A stretch of DNA of 64,000 bases from Trichodelitschia bisporula (GCA_010356995.1 ML996702.1:434001-498000); one strand, 5' to 3'. Shown: positions 14,401-27,878, numbered from the stretch's first letter. Notes: generated from the sequence alone by a model not told the origin. A program made the numbers and translations.

Positions 14401-15616
14401 AGAGAGACGATGAAGAAAATTGGGTGTTTCTTCTATCCTTGAGGTCCAATGTCGGCCCCCACAAAAGCACTCAAAACCGTTGTCCCGACGCCCGACTTGC
14501 GCCCCAGCCCACCTAATGCATCAGTTCAAAGAGCAGGCAACACGCACGCTCTCTGCGCCTCCTCGAGTTGCACGATGTGCTTTCGCCAGGTCTCAGGTTC
14601 TGGCGGATTTTCTTAACACCGCCGGGCGTTGGATGCCTTCGTTGCTCCGTACCGTATGCTCTTTACTCTTGGAGGTTTCGAGTCTCTTTTCTCATTGACG
14701 CCTCCCGCTCCAAGTTGCCCCGCCAAATCTCACTGGCTCCCGCCCGGAGACCTTCCCAGGCTGCACGGCCCGACTAGCGCACAATTAAGGCTGACATGGG
14801 AGAAAGTCTGTCAGCTTCCCGTTGCTAGTGTCATAGTGTCACTGCTGGTCACTACTGGCACGACTGGCTCCAGCTCGTGCACATCACGATGGTCCTCCTT
14901 ACGGGTACCGTACAAGTGAAGTCGAAGTGTGAGAGATCATCGCTTCATGTACGGAGGTAGTCATTCCTATTCTACTGCAAGTACCGCGGAGAGCAACGAA
15001 GTTGAATTGCGTATACTGTTATTGTCGAATGCTGAAGTGAAGGGACTGATCCTCGGCGTCTAGATTCTCTTCATGCACCAAGGATGTCCTTGGATGCATA
15101 CAATCGCCATCCCAGCTTTTGTTTTCTTCGTTCTTCGGCCACCCTCCCAATTCCTCCCACTGCTGCCGACAAGGCCCATGTTCGAACCCCGGGCACTGCT
15201 TCTGCGGCTTCTTATGCCACCGTTCAGGTGCCCAACCAGTTGTCGTGCGTTATGGAGCATCCCCCCATCACTTCCCCCACTCCACCCCTCCCCACTACGA
15301 CCGCCTCCCTCGGGCTGTGCGTGCCCGCATCCCCAAGGACCCTTCCAAGGGTCTGTTCTGCCCCAGCCCCTCGGCTGGCCTGTCGCGTTGTCTCTTGCCG
15401 GTGGTCGACAGTTCATTGCCCATTCGAGCTGTGTACTCGTATGCTGGGGGGCCTCTAAGAGGAGAGGTCCGGCTCTTAGCTCCATCGATTGACTTCTGAT
15501 CCGATCGTCTTTCTCACCTCCACCTTCTCCACTTCTCAAAACTCTAACCGCATCCACACGCCGTGGGTCTTGCAAGCCGACACTCTCCCCTCAGTTGTCG
15601 CAGCAAAACCGTCAAC

Positions 15617-17202
15617 ATGACGTCCCCGGCTCCTTCCTACACTCCGCATCCATATTCCGATCACGACTGGTCCTCGACGCAGGCGACGACCCCGCCAGTC
15701 AAGAAACCTGATGCTTCTCCGATATCCTACCATCCCGATATCCATTCACCAGGCCTCGAATCTGCCTACAACACCGACCAGGGCAAAGAGGTGGTACCAC
15801 AAGAGGAGCGACCGCAAGCCCAAGGTTATGGAAACCCGTACACCGGCCCGTTTCCCGTTGAAGAGCCCACCGAGCGGAAGCGGCGAACAGTGTGCGGCAT
15901 TTCGCTGATGGTCCTTCTGTTGATTCTCGCTGCCTTTATCATTCTCGCCGTCGCCCTTGGTGTAGGGCTGGGAGTAGGGCTCGGCTCGAAGAAACAGTAT
16001 GTTTTCCTTCATAAGATCATATCGTTATCCTGCTAACCTGGATCAGTAGTTCAAGCTCAGGGTCAAAGTCTGGCACAAATGGCAACACTTTTAATCCGGC
16101 ATACCTTTCCAAATCGGGAGCATTTAATGGTTCTGGCCTTGCGATTGCTTCGTACTCCTTTGGATCCGGCGGCTACGGTGTCATCAACGTTTACTTCCAG
16201 CACTGGTCTGGTCAGCTGCGCAAGATGCAGCTGATGTCGGATGGGACGTGGCAAGGCGGCGACAGCACTAACATCGTCGCGACCGATGCCCGCAACGCGA
16301 CTCCCATCTCAGCCGTGGCATATGCCATGGATAACAAGGCTACTGTGAGTTTGACTATCCCTCCCATTCGAATATGGCTAAAGAGATAGTGGCATATTTT
16401 CTACATTGACCACCACAACGTTATCCGAGAAAAGATCTCCGATAACACCACCAATCAGTGGCGCGACGGTCCCATCGGCGAGCTCGGTCTTAAGGCTATG
16501 AATGACTCCAACGTCGGCCTTCAAGCCTGTTGGTACGGGTCCTTCTACGGGACGGCCGACTATGTGCACTCGCCCATCCCTGGAACTGGTAGCAACGACA
16601 CGGCGCAAGATTCGGTTATTGGTATGCATTTGTGGTACGGGCGCGAGCCGACTGTCCTCGAGGAGGTGACATGGACGTACAACACGACGCAATGGTACCG
16701 CCAGGACAACTTCACCGCAAACGGCCATGGCGGCATCGGTTGCTTCTCCTGGGGCAAGGGCAGCGTTTCCTACCTCATGCTCGTCAACCTCGACAATGAA
16801 GTGCAGGTGTCGTGGAAGGACCTAAACACCAGCGTGGTGGCGACGCCGCAGCATCCGGTCAACAAGTGGGTCAACACGTCAGTGTCCATCCCGCATGCGA
16901 TGCCCAACACGTCTCTTGGCTTCACAAACTACTTCTACACGCAGCTCGACGACGGCACCATCGGCGGGTACAACATCTCGTTTGGGGCTGAAAACACCCA
17001 CCTTGTGCCTGGCGACAGCTTCAAGATCCCCCAAAAGGGTATTGCCGGCACGCACTTCTCCGTTACCGCAATTCCCAACGCTTCGGGTGGCGATTCGCTC
17101 ATTGTATTCAACCAAGTCAACGGCAGCGACATCACAGAGAACACGCGCGATTTGACCAGTGGACAGTGGGCGTATGCAAGTCTACCCGTGCCGCCAATGT
17201 GA
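15617..17202 (+). CDS. Type II membrane protein with fungal fucose-specific-lectin-like beta-propeller ectodomain
   Basis: Pro/Tyr-rich N-tail, RKRR followed by a TM ending ALGVGLGVGLG, then GAFNGSG, VYFQHWSGQLR, DARNATPISAV and WHIFYID repeats with many N-glycosylation sequons. Introns at 15997-16046 and about 16345-16389. Confidence 0.75.
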
Positions 17203-19171
17203 GAAGCAGGGTACGCTTATGTGAATGGGTGTAAGGGCTTTGAGGCAGGCGTTTTCGGTGAAACTCGGTTTTGCAGAGCGTTCACAAGCGGGATTCATGG
17301 ATCTACTTGATTTGATTGGGTCCATGTGATGAAGGTCTGGATTTAATTGTATGGATACCTCTTCGATGTTTTTTACTTCTCACGAGTGGCATAGCAGGCG
17401 TCGAAACGAACAGTCTCTCTTATCAAGGGTTTTCAACGAGGTGTGTGCGGCATGGGGAAGCTGAGGGAGGAAGAAGAAAAGATAGCCGAATACCATGTGG
17501 CATGCTGCACATATTGCCACCACCTCGCAGTCCTTCAGGCTTACCTAAGTGTCGCAGCAGCAGTAAGGAGCTTCAGGCCGTGACCGGACAGCCTTTGTCA
17601 TGCTTATGAATGGGGACAAGAGGCAGTACAGGTAGTCGAAGGGCGAGAGCCCGCAGGAAAGGAAGGGGAAACGGGCCAAAAAGTAAAGCGACCTGCGTGA
17701 TCGGCTGCATGGCCAGCTGGGTCTGGAGCGTTGGCCTTGCGATTGAGAAGCTGTGCATGCTCTCGCGAGCCGACAGAGCGGTTGGAGGCGTTGGCATTGA
17801 TCAATAGCAAGAGGGCCGAGGAAGCTTTGGGAGCCGGCTGCGTGAAGATGGCGCGGATGACATATTCCCCGGTGTCTCTCATTCGGCCAGCAGCTTGTCG
17901 GGGGATTAGAACTAGCTAGAAGAGTTGGAACGGTCGGCTACTGTAGCGAGCTTAACGAAGCTCGCTGCGACAACGGCCTGGATCGTTCGCGATGCTAGAA
18001 CTACGAGGTAATTCTCCGGCTCAGAGCCTACTCGCACCATCTCCACCCGTCCACACGCACACTCCCGCTGTACAAATCCCCCAAGCGAACTGCGGTAAGC
18101 CATGTCCTGTCTCACCTTATCAGGAACATAACCCCCACACCCTCCCGTCGTAAATTCTCACCACGCCTCTCTGCACCTCCAGCCCCCTCGCGCGGGGTAA
18201 TCCACCAGGAGCATAAAAGTGGCGCACCCCGCGCAGCACACACCGCGCAACAATGAACTGACCTGCCCGCTCGCCAGCAGACAGACGCCATCCGCATGAA
18301 CGCACGCCGGCTCGCTTCTCTATCCTACCCCGCCCGGCTCGCTCTTATTTGCCTCGCGCCACAAGCGCAATCGCTCGACCGCCCGCGTGTGCGCCGCGTG
18401 CCGTGGCGCGCTTAGTGGCGGGGGTTGGACGATAGCGAACGCCCGGCGGGCGCGCGACGGAGGCAAGTACGGTACGTTACCTAGGGACATATGCTACCTA
18501 ATCCGTAATCTCCATCTCCCTCATCGCCCCGCGGCAATCGCGGAGTCATCGCAACTCCAACGTACCATCAGCGCCAACATGCCCGCAGACAAGAACCGCC
18601 AGCGCGCGATTAGCTTCAACGTTTGATGCGCTGCAGCCGATGCCACCCCCGGCCTCGTCACTGCATGTTCGGCTAAGCAGCGGACGTGAGTTCTGGCTGC
18701 CGAGAACCGGTGCGCAAAAGACTGGCGACTGGCGCCCGTGCTGTCGTAGGAGGACGTTGCGGTGTGGGCCTTGTGGCGTGCGGGCGCTAGTGCTTGGGCC
18801 TTTTGCCGGCCTTTCGGTGGCTGGCGCTTGGGGCGGCGGCAGTAGGCCGTGGGGTTGTGGCGGGGTGGTAAGGCAAGCAGGTGGCTGAAGCACGGAGACC
18901 GCCCTGATTAATTCCACCAAAATAATCGTGATTTGTAAGAGTCGATGCGATGGATGCGGGCCTTATTTTGATAGTCCTAACCTTCGAAGAGGGTGGAATT
19001 TACCGCATTTGATCAACAGCGCACCACGCATATCGCAGGGCCCCCTCTTAATACCCGCCTCCCTTATCCCGATCTTCCCACGCCTGTAGCCGCAGAGCCA
19101 CTGCCCAAGGCCCTCGACTCCCTGCACCAAACCAACTGGTGCCATGTTGCACGCTCGCGCGGCCGCAGTGC

Positions 19172-19705
19172 TTACATCCGAAGCGGGGGCAGGTAATGTG
19201 CCACAGCAGATCCCGGGAGGCCCCAGTGCGGCTGAAATGCTGACGGGAGGTGTCGGGTGGACCTTGTCCGTTTCAGGAAGGTGCTGACTGAGTCGGCTGT
19301 CATCTTTTGCTGTTCTTTGGTTGGCGGCTGCTTCCGACTCCGTGGGGCTTCCCTGCTGTGCTCGTGTGCTCCTTGCTCCCTGTACGGTATGTACTCGGGC
19401 TTCGGGACGGTGGTGATCTTGGTCGGGCCCGCCGTGCGCTCTGGGGAGGCAAGCGGCTCTCCGAACATGTTGTGGATCATCGTCACGGCCGATGTTGCCG
19501 ACAGTGCCCTGTGGTGAGCTTCAGCCTTGGCTGTCAGCGCCAAGTAGGGATGAACATTTGGGAGAGTGTAACCTTCTCGATCATTCTTGCTGAGATCGGA
19601 AGGTAGGAGACCAGTTGGGTAAAGAGAATGGGAGACATTGATAAGATCAAAGGCTTCCATAGACTTGGGAGAAACACAGGCCGATTCATATGCTTCGTGC
19701 GTCAT
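19172..19705 (-). CDS. Possible orphan hypothetical protein
   Basis: 177-aa ATG-initiated ORF with protein-like composition; no recognisable motif. Confidence 0.3.
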   Translation of the reverse strand: MTHEAYESACVSPKSMEAFDLINVSHSLYPTGLLPSDLSKNDREGYTLPNVHPYLALTAKAEAHHRALSATSAVTMIHNMFGEPLASPERTAGPTKITTVPKPEYIPYREQGAHEHSREAPRSRKQPPTKEQQKMTADSVSTFLKRTRSTRHLPSAFQPHWGLPGSAVAHYLPPLRM

Positions 19706-21717
19706 GATGCTTGTCTAACAACACCGTATCCCTCAAGCTTCTGCATATAGCCCCGTAGCTGCAACCACACTCTCATGAGACTGGCCCAAGGTGAACACCC
19801 ATACGGATGTTTGATGCGTTGACTGGACTCTGGGACTTTCATCGTCAGGTGTGACTACGTAGAATTTTGGCGCACTCTTCGAAAGACGCCGCTTCATCAA
19901 CCAGCCGTCGGTTTTGAGCGGCTAATTAGCGCCCGCGGACATCCTCCCCGGCTAGTCTGTGTTGAATTTGACTATCGTGAACCAGTTCCTAAACATCACT
20001 TCGCACTGGTTAGTACGTGCTTAAATATGTTGATGTTGGAGCTAACGCTTGAGAAGGTCCCGGATAAGGGAGCTTTTAGCGAAGTCGAAAGTGTCTACAC
20101 ATCCCCGAACCTACGAAAGCACTATCTCAAGCCAAAAATCGCATCCATTGCTTGAAGAGTTTGGCGAACTTCCATGCCACCCTTCATGGGCTGGAAGGTC
20201 GAGGTCCTTTCATCATCTTTTGCTAAGAGACTGGATTCAAAATGACTTTGGAGTACCTTCAGGCTTCATTGATGGTGATCGGGGGCAGCTCTGAAGGTAA
20301 GTTTTCTCTGTGACAATAGCGGTATGTCAAAGTTTGGGAAGAGGATGGCACTCGATGCCGAGGATCGCCAACTGTCTCCAGATGGCCGAAATCAGCCGGA
20401 GTCGTTCAGATTTTGTCCTCGACAATATGGTCCAAGCAGTCTTGCCAGTACTTCAAACTGAGAGCTGGAAACAACTCGCGGGATCCGGACATTTAGGGTT
20501 TGCAGTGTGAAACAGCTGCACAAGTAGCACGCACGGGCCGAGATTGTAGTGCGGTTGCCGTAAACGTTTGTAGTCGGCCTTCCAGCGCACGAGGAAACTT
20601 CGACGTGTCTCAGCCTTGTTCTCTGCGAGAACGAAAGTCCTGCATATGTCGAATTGGTCATTGCCCACGTGCATCAAAGTCTGCCGAAGCGCTGGCGCTT
20701 GGTGCAGAGATCCTCGTTCCCACCTTGCTTGCATGCTCGCGGAGGGCGTGCTTCGCGAGCAGAGTGACTTGACGAAAGCAAGCTTAGACCCATGAGAGGT
20801 CAATATGGATCGATAATCGATATAGGCCCGATGTTTGCCATTTTCCCCAGTGACTGAGAGATGTTCACGGGATGGAATGGATGGGACGAGGACGAGGACG
20901 TCATAAGATGAAGACAGAAGGCGCGGCAGATAACCGCTAACGCAGCGGGTCGCGCCGTCCATCCAGTGGTGCCGTGGGTGCCCACACTGCCTCAGAGATC
21001 GCAGTTTGAAACTGTATCGGCCTCTTGGCATGGTCATGAATGAACAGTCTTCCAGAGCATCGGAACAGAGGTGCTCACACTTGAATTTCTGTCAAGGGTA
21101 CTGATATACAGTTAGTCGCATGATCAAAGTTGCTTTCCAAACATATAAGAGATGACACGATCTAGGCATGTACTATGGTCACAAAAGTCTACCAACTCTT
21201 CTTGGAATGTGTTTTCCTACCAGTTTGTGTACGGAGTATCCTCCAATCCTTCATCTGCCGGCCCATACAAGGGATTCCTCATTCGGGTTTCCAAAGAACA
21301 TGGTAGGTTGGTATGTGTACTTGGAGGTGCATACAGGACTCGGATGGGGCGGAAGCGTGCGGTTGGGGCCGAGACATCAAGGAAGACGTTGCTCGAGTCG
21401 TAGTTTGGTGTCTGGGGATGCCATGCTGCTACCATTACGGAGCATCCTAGCTACCGTAACGGCTTCGGAAAGATCGCCAGATCTACAGCCCCCAAGCCAC
21501 TCCCACTGGTGGAGAACAAATGGATCGGGAGAGGCGCTGGGCGCCTGAAGCCCTCGGGTTCCGCAAACCCGGCCCGAGCATTCATCCGCTCCGGCCCCAC
21601 CATGCCAGCTCTTATCAATCGCATCTAATCTCGCATCAAACGTTCCAGTTCCTCATCGGACTCAGCCTTCAGCCTTACCAATCACTTGCTCTTCAAAACC
21701 CATCCAATCGGTTCACC

Positions 21718-22671
21718 ATGGTCGTTGCTGCACCCGCACAGGCGGGAATCCTCCACCGCTACGCACCGCGCCTCGTCGCCTTCGAGCACCGCCCCTCCTC
21801 CATCCCCGCCTCGGCCCACACCGGGAACGTCCTCATCTTCATCGGCGGTCTCTCCGACGGCCTGCTCACAGTCTCGTATCCCTCCTTCATAGCCGCCCGC
21901 GCCCCACCCGGCTGGTCGATCGTCGAGGCGCTGATCTCGGCCGCCTACAGCGGGTGGGGCACCAGCACGCTCCAACGCGACGTGGCCGAGATTGCAAAAT
22001 GCGTCGCCTACCTCCGGGCCTTACCAAGTAACTCCACCACACCCCGCCGTATTGTGCTCATGGGCCACTCGACGGGCGCACAGGATGCGATCGAGTACGT
22101 GGTCGGCGCCGGTGCGGCGGAACGCCCGCCCGTTGACGGCGTTATTCTGCAGGCTGGCATCAGCGACCGCGAGGCTATGCATGCTAAGTCGGGCCCGTCG
22201 AAGTCGGATGAGGCGATGACGAATGCGGCCCGTGGGCTTGAGGAACAGGGACGCGCGGAGGAGTTCCTGCCGCGCGCTGTGTCGGGATCGACGTTTACCC
22301 GGACGGCGGTGACGGCGTATCGGTGGCTGAGCTTGACGCAGAAGGGTGGGGATGATGACTATTTCAGCAGCGATATTGCGGACGAAGAGCTGTGGAAGAC
22401 ATTTGGCAAGTTTGGGAAGACACAGTTGATGGTGCTCCTGAGCGGCATTGATGAGCACATGCCCAAATGGGTCGACAAGGAGGCGCTCGCCGCAAGATGG
22501 GCGCGGATATGCAAGGAGGGTGGGGCCATCGTGGACGAGGAGTTCGGCGGAGTCGTTCCAGGGGCACATCATAATCTCGAGCAAGACGGCACGGAAGTAG
22601 TCGACGATCTTTGCCGGCGAGTTACCGGCTTTCTGGGCAAAGTCGGCGGCGACAGCGAGCCGCATCTGTGA
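21718..22671 (+). CDS. DUF1749 / UPF0613 alpha/beta hydrolase (SidJ-like)
   Basis: FIGGLSDGL, YSGWG, nucleophile elbow MGHSTG, ILQAGISDRE, DDDYFSSD and GAHH. Start CACCATG at 21718. Confidence 0.88.
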   Translation: MVVAAPAQAGILHRYAPRLVAFEHRPSSIPASAHTGNVLIFIGGLSDGLLTVSYPSFIAARAPPGWSIVEALISAAYSGWGTSTLQRDVAEIAKCVAYLRALPSNSTTPRRIVLMGHSTGAQDAIEYVVGAGAAERPPVDGVILQAGISDREAMHAKSGPSKSDEAMTNAARGLEEQGRAEEFLPRAVSGSTFTRTAVTAYRWLSLTQKGGDDDYFSSDIADEELWKTFGKFGKTQLMVLLSGIDEHMPKWVDKEALAARWARICKEGGAIVDEEFGGVVPGAHHNLEQDGTEVVDDLCRRVTGFLGKVGGDSEPHL

Positions 22672-23150
22672 CTGCTCTCGGGGCTGGATGGTGGAAGGCT
22701 GGTACTTTGTAATCTTCTTGGCTGCCACTAGACGGGCCTGGGCATATAAAAGCGGCAATGGAAGCGGTTCCGTGAACTATCATAGACGGTGCATGGTTGA
22801 TGGCATGGCGAACGGAGGGGGTTGATATCCTGATTATTACGTTTTGCATGAGATGGCCGCCTTTTACAGTTTCTGTTGGGATGGAAAAATGCTTTTGCTC
22901 TTCTTCAATCTTGTCTTATTCATGTGACACCCCCTTCCCCAGGACGCCAGATCTCATCGCTTTGGCTCACTCTAGCGATAGTTCCTTCATTTGATGAAAT
23001 CAAGGCCTTCTTCACCAACTCCTTTCCACTCTTAGCGTAGATGCTCTGCCACAACATAGGACTTGCCTCAAATCCCTCCAAAGATATGGGGTAACCTTAG
23101 AATGCACATTGCCAAACGCCAGACACCACCCGGTCCGTAACGGGTTCTCA

Positions 23151-23895
23151 TTATGCTTCGGCCGTTCCACTTTTCGCCCTCTGCTCCATCAATTTCTTCA
23201 CCTTTCTCTTGAGCTCCCCTTCCGTGTTTTGGAAAGGATTCAACTTCATATCCCTCGTCATCGCCCTATAATCGTCCCCATGCCGTTCCACCAACTTAGC
23301 CACCCACTCGGACTCCCGTTGGCTCAACTTCCGTGGTGCCTTCCGCACTCCACTAGCCGCCTTCTCCTCCAGCGCACGCACTGTCTCCGTTGTCTCCTCG
23401 CCATCCCGCGTGGGCACATTCGAAAACATCAGCGCTTGCGAATCGATCATGTACTCATCGTCGAGATCGTTAAGGGGATCGTTGAGCGGGTTATCCGTCT
23501 TCTCGTCCAACACCCGTAAGATCGCGCCAGTCTCCGGGTCGCGCTCAATGCGGATCTCAGATGTGTTGACTGCGGTCGCAGTGCGCGGGTTGATGGCCAG
23601 CGGGTCGGCATCTTCTGGCTGGATGGCGCCGGGCTCGGGAAGCGACGCAGCGGTCTTTTGTAAACCACCGGTGGTGTGGTTTAAGCGGGATGTCAGACCA
23701 AGGCGGCGGTAGTTTTGCGTAAGAGTTTCCTTGGGGTTCCTGGCTCGTTAGACTCGCCATAGGCCATGCAAGCCCGGAGACGTACCAGTTCGCGCGAATG
23801 ATCGGGTTGCTAAGGATCTTATTCGTCCTTTTGGGCTTGCGCTTAACCTTGGGAACGCTCGAGCGGTTCTTGCGCTTTTGGAGTTCGCGACCCAT
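23151..23895 (-). CDS. NOP16: Nucleolar protein 16 (60S biogenesis)
   Basis: MGRELQKRKNRSS, NW..TLTQNYRRLGL, LVERHGDDYRAMTRDMKLNPFQNT. One intron at about 23740-23785. Confidence 0.93.
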
Positions 23896-24519
23896 GGTGA
23901 CGGTGTGTGGGTAGTGGTGATTGTGGAGGGGATGGGATGGGATGGGATGGGAGGCGTTGCGACTTTGGGTGGTCGAAAATATTTCGAGATCTGCGGCGGG
24001 CGGGGGCTTGGCGCCGGGGAAGGCTAGTTCAGCCCTATAGCGGCGAGTGGAGAGCTGCTGGCTGCAAAGCAGCAGCCAGCAGCCGACTGAAGTAATTGAT
24101 TCATGAATAGATGGGGAAAGAGAGATACCAGATTCTTTCAGCGATAGGAGATCTGGATCACGACGATCCAATAGCTGCGAGATTCAAGCGCTGGATCCCC
24201 CTTAGAAGACCGTACATCCGTAAACTCTACAGACAGCGCACAATCCTGGTTCAAGATGGAGAATTTCAAAAGGCCAAAATACCCTGCCCCTTTGAATTGA
24301 AATGTAGTGTGCTACTGTACGGAGTACTCCTTTCAGCCATACAAATTTGCTTCAGTTGACTGTGCAGTTTAGCGATGGTTGCCCAAGTAGGCAAAGCGGG
24401 TCCCCTCCACCTTGTGCAAGGATCCGACCCCCTTATCTGCGGAGTGCCTGCGGAGAGAGCGCTGAGGCTCTGAGAGGACGCGCCGCTTCCCACACGCGAC
24501 ATAACCTAAAATACTCATC

Positions 24520-25903
24520 ATGATATTCACACGCCAGAGGCAGCTCCGCCTGCTTTCCTTGCTATTTATTCTCTTCCCGCTCTGTCTCGCTTTGTCAAAG
24601 GCTGCACCGCACAATGAACACCTCACCCCGCACGAGATCGAAGAGCGGCTCGAGGTAAGATCTTTTTCCGTTGTCGGAGCGCTCTCTGTCTTCAACCTCA
24701 AGTTGGCACTGCACGCCTCCATTATGTCCTTGATCTCACCGTTCTTGCGTCCCATCATCTGCCAGCGCTTATTCTCCACAGGAATGTCCGCTTGTCCAGT
24801 CTCTCAATCTCCAAAAGGCCGCCTCGGCCCCCACCGCCGACAGCTACCTCTCTAAGCTCTTCTACTTCCTCTTCCCCGGTAGCCCGGCGGTCAACGCCCT
24901 GCTAGCCACGCTGTACATTTCCGGGCCGCCCAACTTCCTGCTGGCTCTTTGCCCGCCGGACATCGACCCTTCGTCACTGAGCATCATGGTTGCCTTCGCA
25001 GTCGGCGGCCTGCTGGGCGACACCCTCTTCCACCTTTTGCCTGAGATCTTCCTGGGCGAGGACGAGCCCCATAAGGTCAAATTCGTCATGGTGGAGCCGA
25101 ACAAGAATTTGCTCCTCGGAGTAGCCATATTGGTTGGCTTCATGACCTTTGTCGCTATGGACAAGGGCCTGCGTATCGCCACGGGCGGCGAAGGACATGA
25201 TCACAGCCACGGGCACGGACATGCGAACGTTGAGCCTAGCGCCACTACCAGCAGTGTGGAGGTTAACAAGGAGGGCAAGGCACGCGCACGTAAGGGCGAC
25301 AAGGCCGTGAAGCGCGTTGCTGAACAGGCCAAGCCGCAGATTAATCCCAGCGTGAAGATGGCAGGTCTGCTTAACCTGATTGCGGACTTCACTCACAACA
25401 TCACGGACGGTCTCGCATTGTCGTCTAGCTTCTACGCATCGCCCACCATTGGCGCGACCACGACCGTGGCCGTCTTCTTCCATGAGATTCCGCACGAGGT
25501 CGGCGATTTCGCTCTGCTTGTTCAATCAGGCTTCTCAAAGCGGGCGGCCATGGGCGCCCAGTTCATCACGGCGCTTGGGGCGTTCCTTGGGACTCTGATT
25601 GGCATTGCCGTGCAGGAGTATGGTGGGTCGTCGGCGAGTGGGCCACAAGGACCGGGCTTGGCGGGTACGAGTCTTCAGTGGGGAGATCTGTTGCTGCCGT
25701 TTACAGCGGGCACGTTCTTGTACGTCGGAACTGTGGCGGTTATCCCGGAGATGCTGGAGACGGGCAAAGACAAGGCGCTCGAGGTGAGGAAGACCCTTAC
25801 GCAGTTTGCGGCTGTGGCGGCGGGCGCGGGGATTATGCTTGCGTAAGTTTTCGGTCGGGCTCAGGGGATATGACTGACAGTGTTTAGGATTTCGTGGTCG
25901 TAG
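24520..25903 (+). CDS. ZIP zinc transporter, ER-type (Yke4/ZIP7-like)
   Basis: Signal peptide, AFAVGGLLGDTLFHLLP, HDHSHGHGH loop, ADFTHNITDG and HEIPHEVGD. Introns at 24655-24781 and 25843-25887. Confidence 0.92.
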
Positions 25904-26083
25904 ATGGGTTCGGTCTAGGGCACATCCGTATCCAGGTCATGGCGGAGTCATTGCGGAAAGTTAGACGGGGCTGCATACAGGTACCTAATCAAGCCGATTG
26001 GAGATGGTGATGAATTATAAGTTTCTTCTCGGGATCAGGGCAAAGAGGAATGAATATCATTCTAAGAACGCTTTTTGCCAACC

Positions 26084-27188
26084 TCAATACGTCACAGATA
26101 GTCTTTGCACCAGGTACTCGCCACTGTTGACTGCCGAGTACTTCTTCTCCGCGGCGTCAGCGTATGTGCCTGGAATGACTTCGATAGCGCGATTGAAGTT
26201 CGGGTTGCAGAAGTAGGCAATGGAGTAGCGGGCGGGATAGGTGTCTCCCGACTCCGGCTTGAGCGGCGGCTCGACCACACGGTGCTTGGTAGACTTGATG
26301 CTGTCGTTAGACCACCGGGCGAGCAAATCGCCAGCATTGACGACGATGGTCCCTTCGATGGGGGTCGCGTCGACGAATGTGCCCTTGGGTGACTGGACCT
26401 GCAAGCCACCGCGCTGGTCCTGGAAGAGCAATGTAATGGATCCTAGGAATGTCAGCATCATCTGAGGCCCAGGAGGCCTCCCAAACTCACCGTAGTCGGT
26501 ATGCTCCCCCGCCCGCACCTGGTTCTTATTCTTTTCAAAAACCTCCTTCTTCACAGCCGGATAATGCAACAAGCGCAGCGTATTATCCCCCCGATCCGTA
26601 TACCCATCAAACCAGCCCTCGTCAATGCCCAGCCCCACGGCAATGGCGCGCATAACCTGCATATGCAGCTTCTTGCACTCCTCAAAGAACTCCATCATCT
26701 GCTCGCGGAACACCTTGCCCTCCTCATCCGTAGGCCACATATTCGGACACCCCTCCTCATCATCCCGCCCTATCTCAAGTGACTCCTTAAGATCCGGCAC
26801 CGCCGCTTTGAGCGCCTCAACCTCCTCCTTGGTCGCCAGCTGCGACACCTTCTCCCGCCCATGCGCCGTGTAGCCCCGATTTGCGCGGGCGGAGTACCAC
26901 TCGAGCGCGTCTTTGGCTTCTTGCGGACGATCGAAGAAAGCGGCGCTCTGGCCGAAGATACGCTTCACGATGTTTTGCGAGATACCGTGGTTCTTGAGGT
27001 AGATGAAGCCGGCATTCTGGAAGCCGGAGAGGACTTCATGTGCGGCTGCGGCTTTGGCCTCGGGCTCGCCGGAGAGGAAGGGAGAGAAGTCGATGAGCTG
27101 TGTGGGTTAGGTATCGGGGAAGGAAGATGAAGCTAGCTGCACTCACCGGAATGGAGAGGTTGTCTTGGTTGACTGCAGAGTCGGCCAT
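26084..27188 (-). CDS. Thymine 7-hydroxylase (thymine dioxygenase), Fe(II)/2-oxoglutarate dioxygenase
   Basis: IPLIDFS, NRGY..GREKV, LRLLHYP, RAGEHTDYGSITLLFQD (HxD), HRVV and RYSIAYF (RxS). Resembles Neurospora T7H end to end as I recall it. Introns at 27098-27146 and about 26442-26491. Confidence 0.9.
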
Positions 27189-27878
27189 ATTGTCTATTTC
27201 TCTGTAGAGGTTGATGCACACAAGGGTATGGCGAACTAATGCTCTGCCGATCCACTTCGAAGGGCTTCGGCTTCTTAAACCCCTCTCAAGCCACTTGTGT
27301 CACAGACCGGAATGATAAGCCGTGATAATAACCCACGGTCAGCCTTCTGTGACAGCAGTACGCAGTTAGCTCTTCGCTGCCACGCTGTCATAAAACTATC
27401 TCACGATGCACCTTCGGGAATTAGATCCGGCGGAACATTGTAGGGTTGACCTGCCTGATTGGGTTGTCTTCGATAAGAAACACGGGGCTTATCACATTGC
27501 GGGGTAATCGATGCGGCGGCGGGGTACATTGGGCTCCAGCGGGGTGCGGCGAGCGGCGACTTGCGGCGACTTACAGTTACGTGTTCGCCATAGGATTGAT
27601 GTTGTGGGCGCGGCGTGGCTTATATCTCACATACCTGCTATCGCGGAGCTATTTGTTGTGCTTTCGACGGTGGATCAGCAGCGGAAGCTAGTTCTAGTTC
27701 CAGATCAGCGGCCGAGAGTGGATCAGCGGCCGAGAGCGGCGCGATGGCGAAGGGATAGTGCGTGGAGCGGGTACTCATATCATCGCGATCTAAACAAGCT
27801 TCCACCGAGCTTCCCTCATTCATCCCCACCCCGTCCCACCCCTCTCCTCCCGACCCTTCATTTCCAACCACCGCAGCC
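27189..27878. promoter_or_regulatory. Bidirectional promoter with six HGATAR sites and a GATCAGCGGCCGAGAG direct repeat
   Basis: HGATAR at 27313, 27323, 27396 (rc), 27471, 27489 (rc) and 27638 (rc). 16-bp repeat at 27703 and 27721. Confidence 0.6.

Noticed and set aside
11600..15500. Numerous 60-170 aa ORFs
   Set aside because: No motifs, coherent codon bias or splice-consistent chain; treated as non-coding.
20453..21037. 194-aa minus-strand ORF
   Set aside because: No recognisable domain or coding-like bias; cannot be supported.
22669..22731. TGA-CTG readthrough context after the DUF1749 hydrolase (cryptic PTS1?)
   Set aside because: Context is not the TGA-CTA motif, and the extension ends LGCH*, which is not a PTS1.
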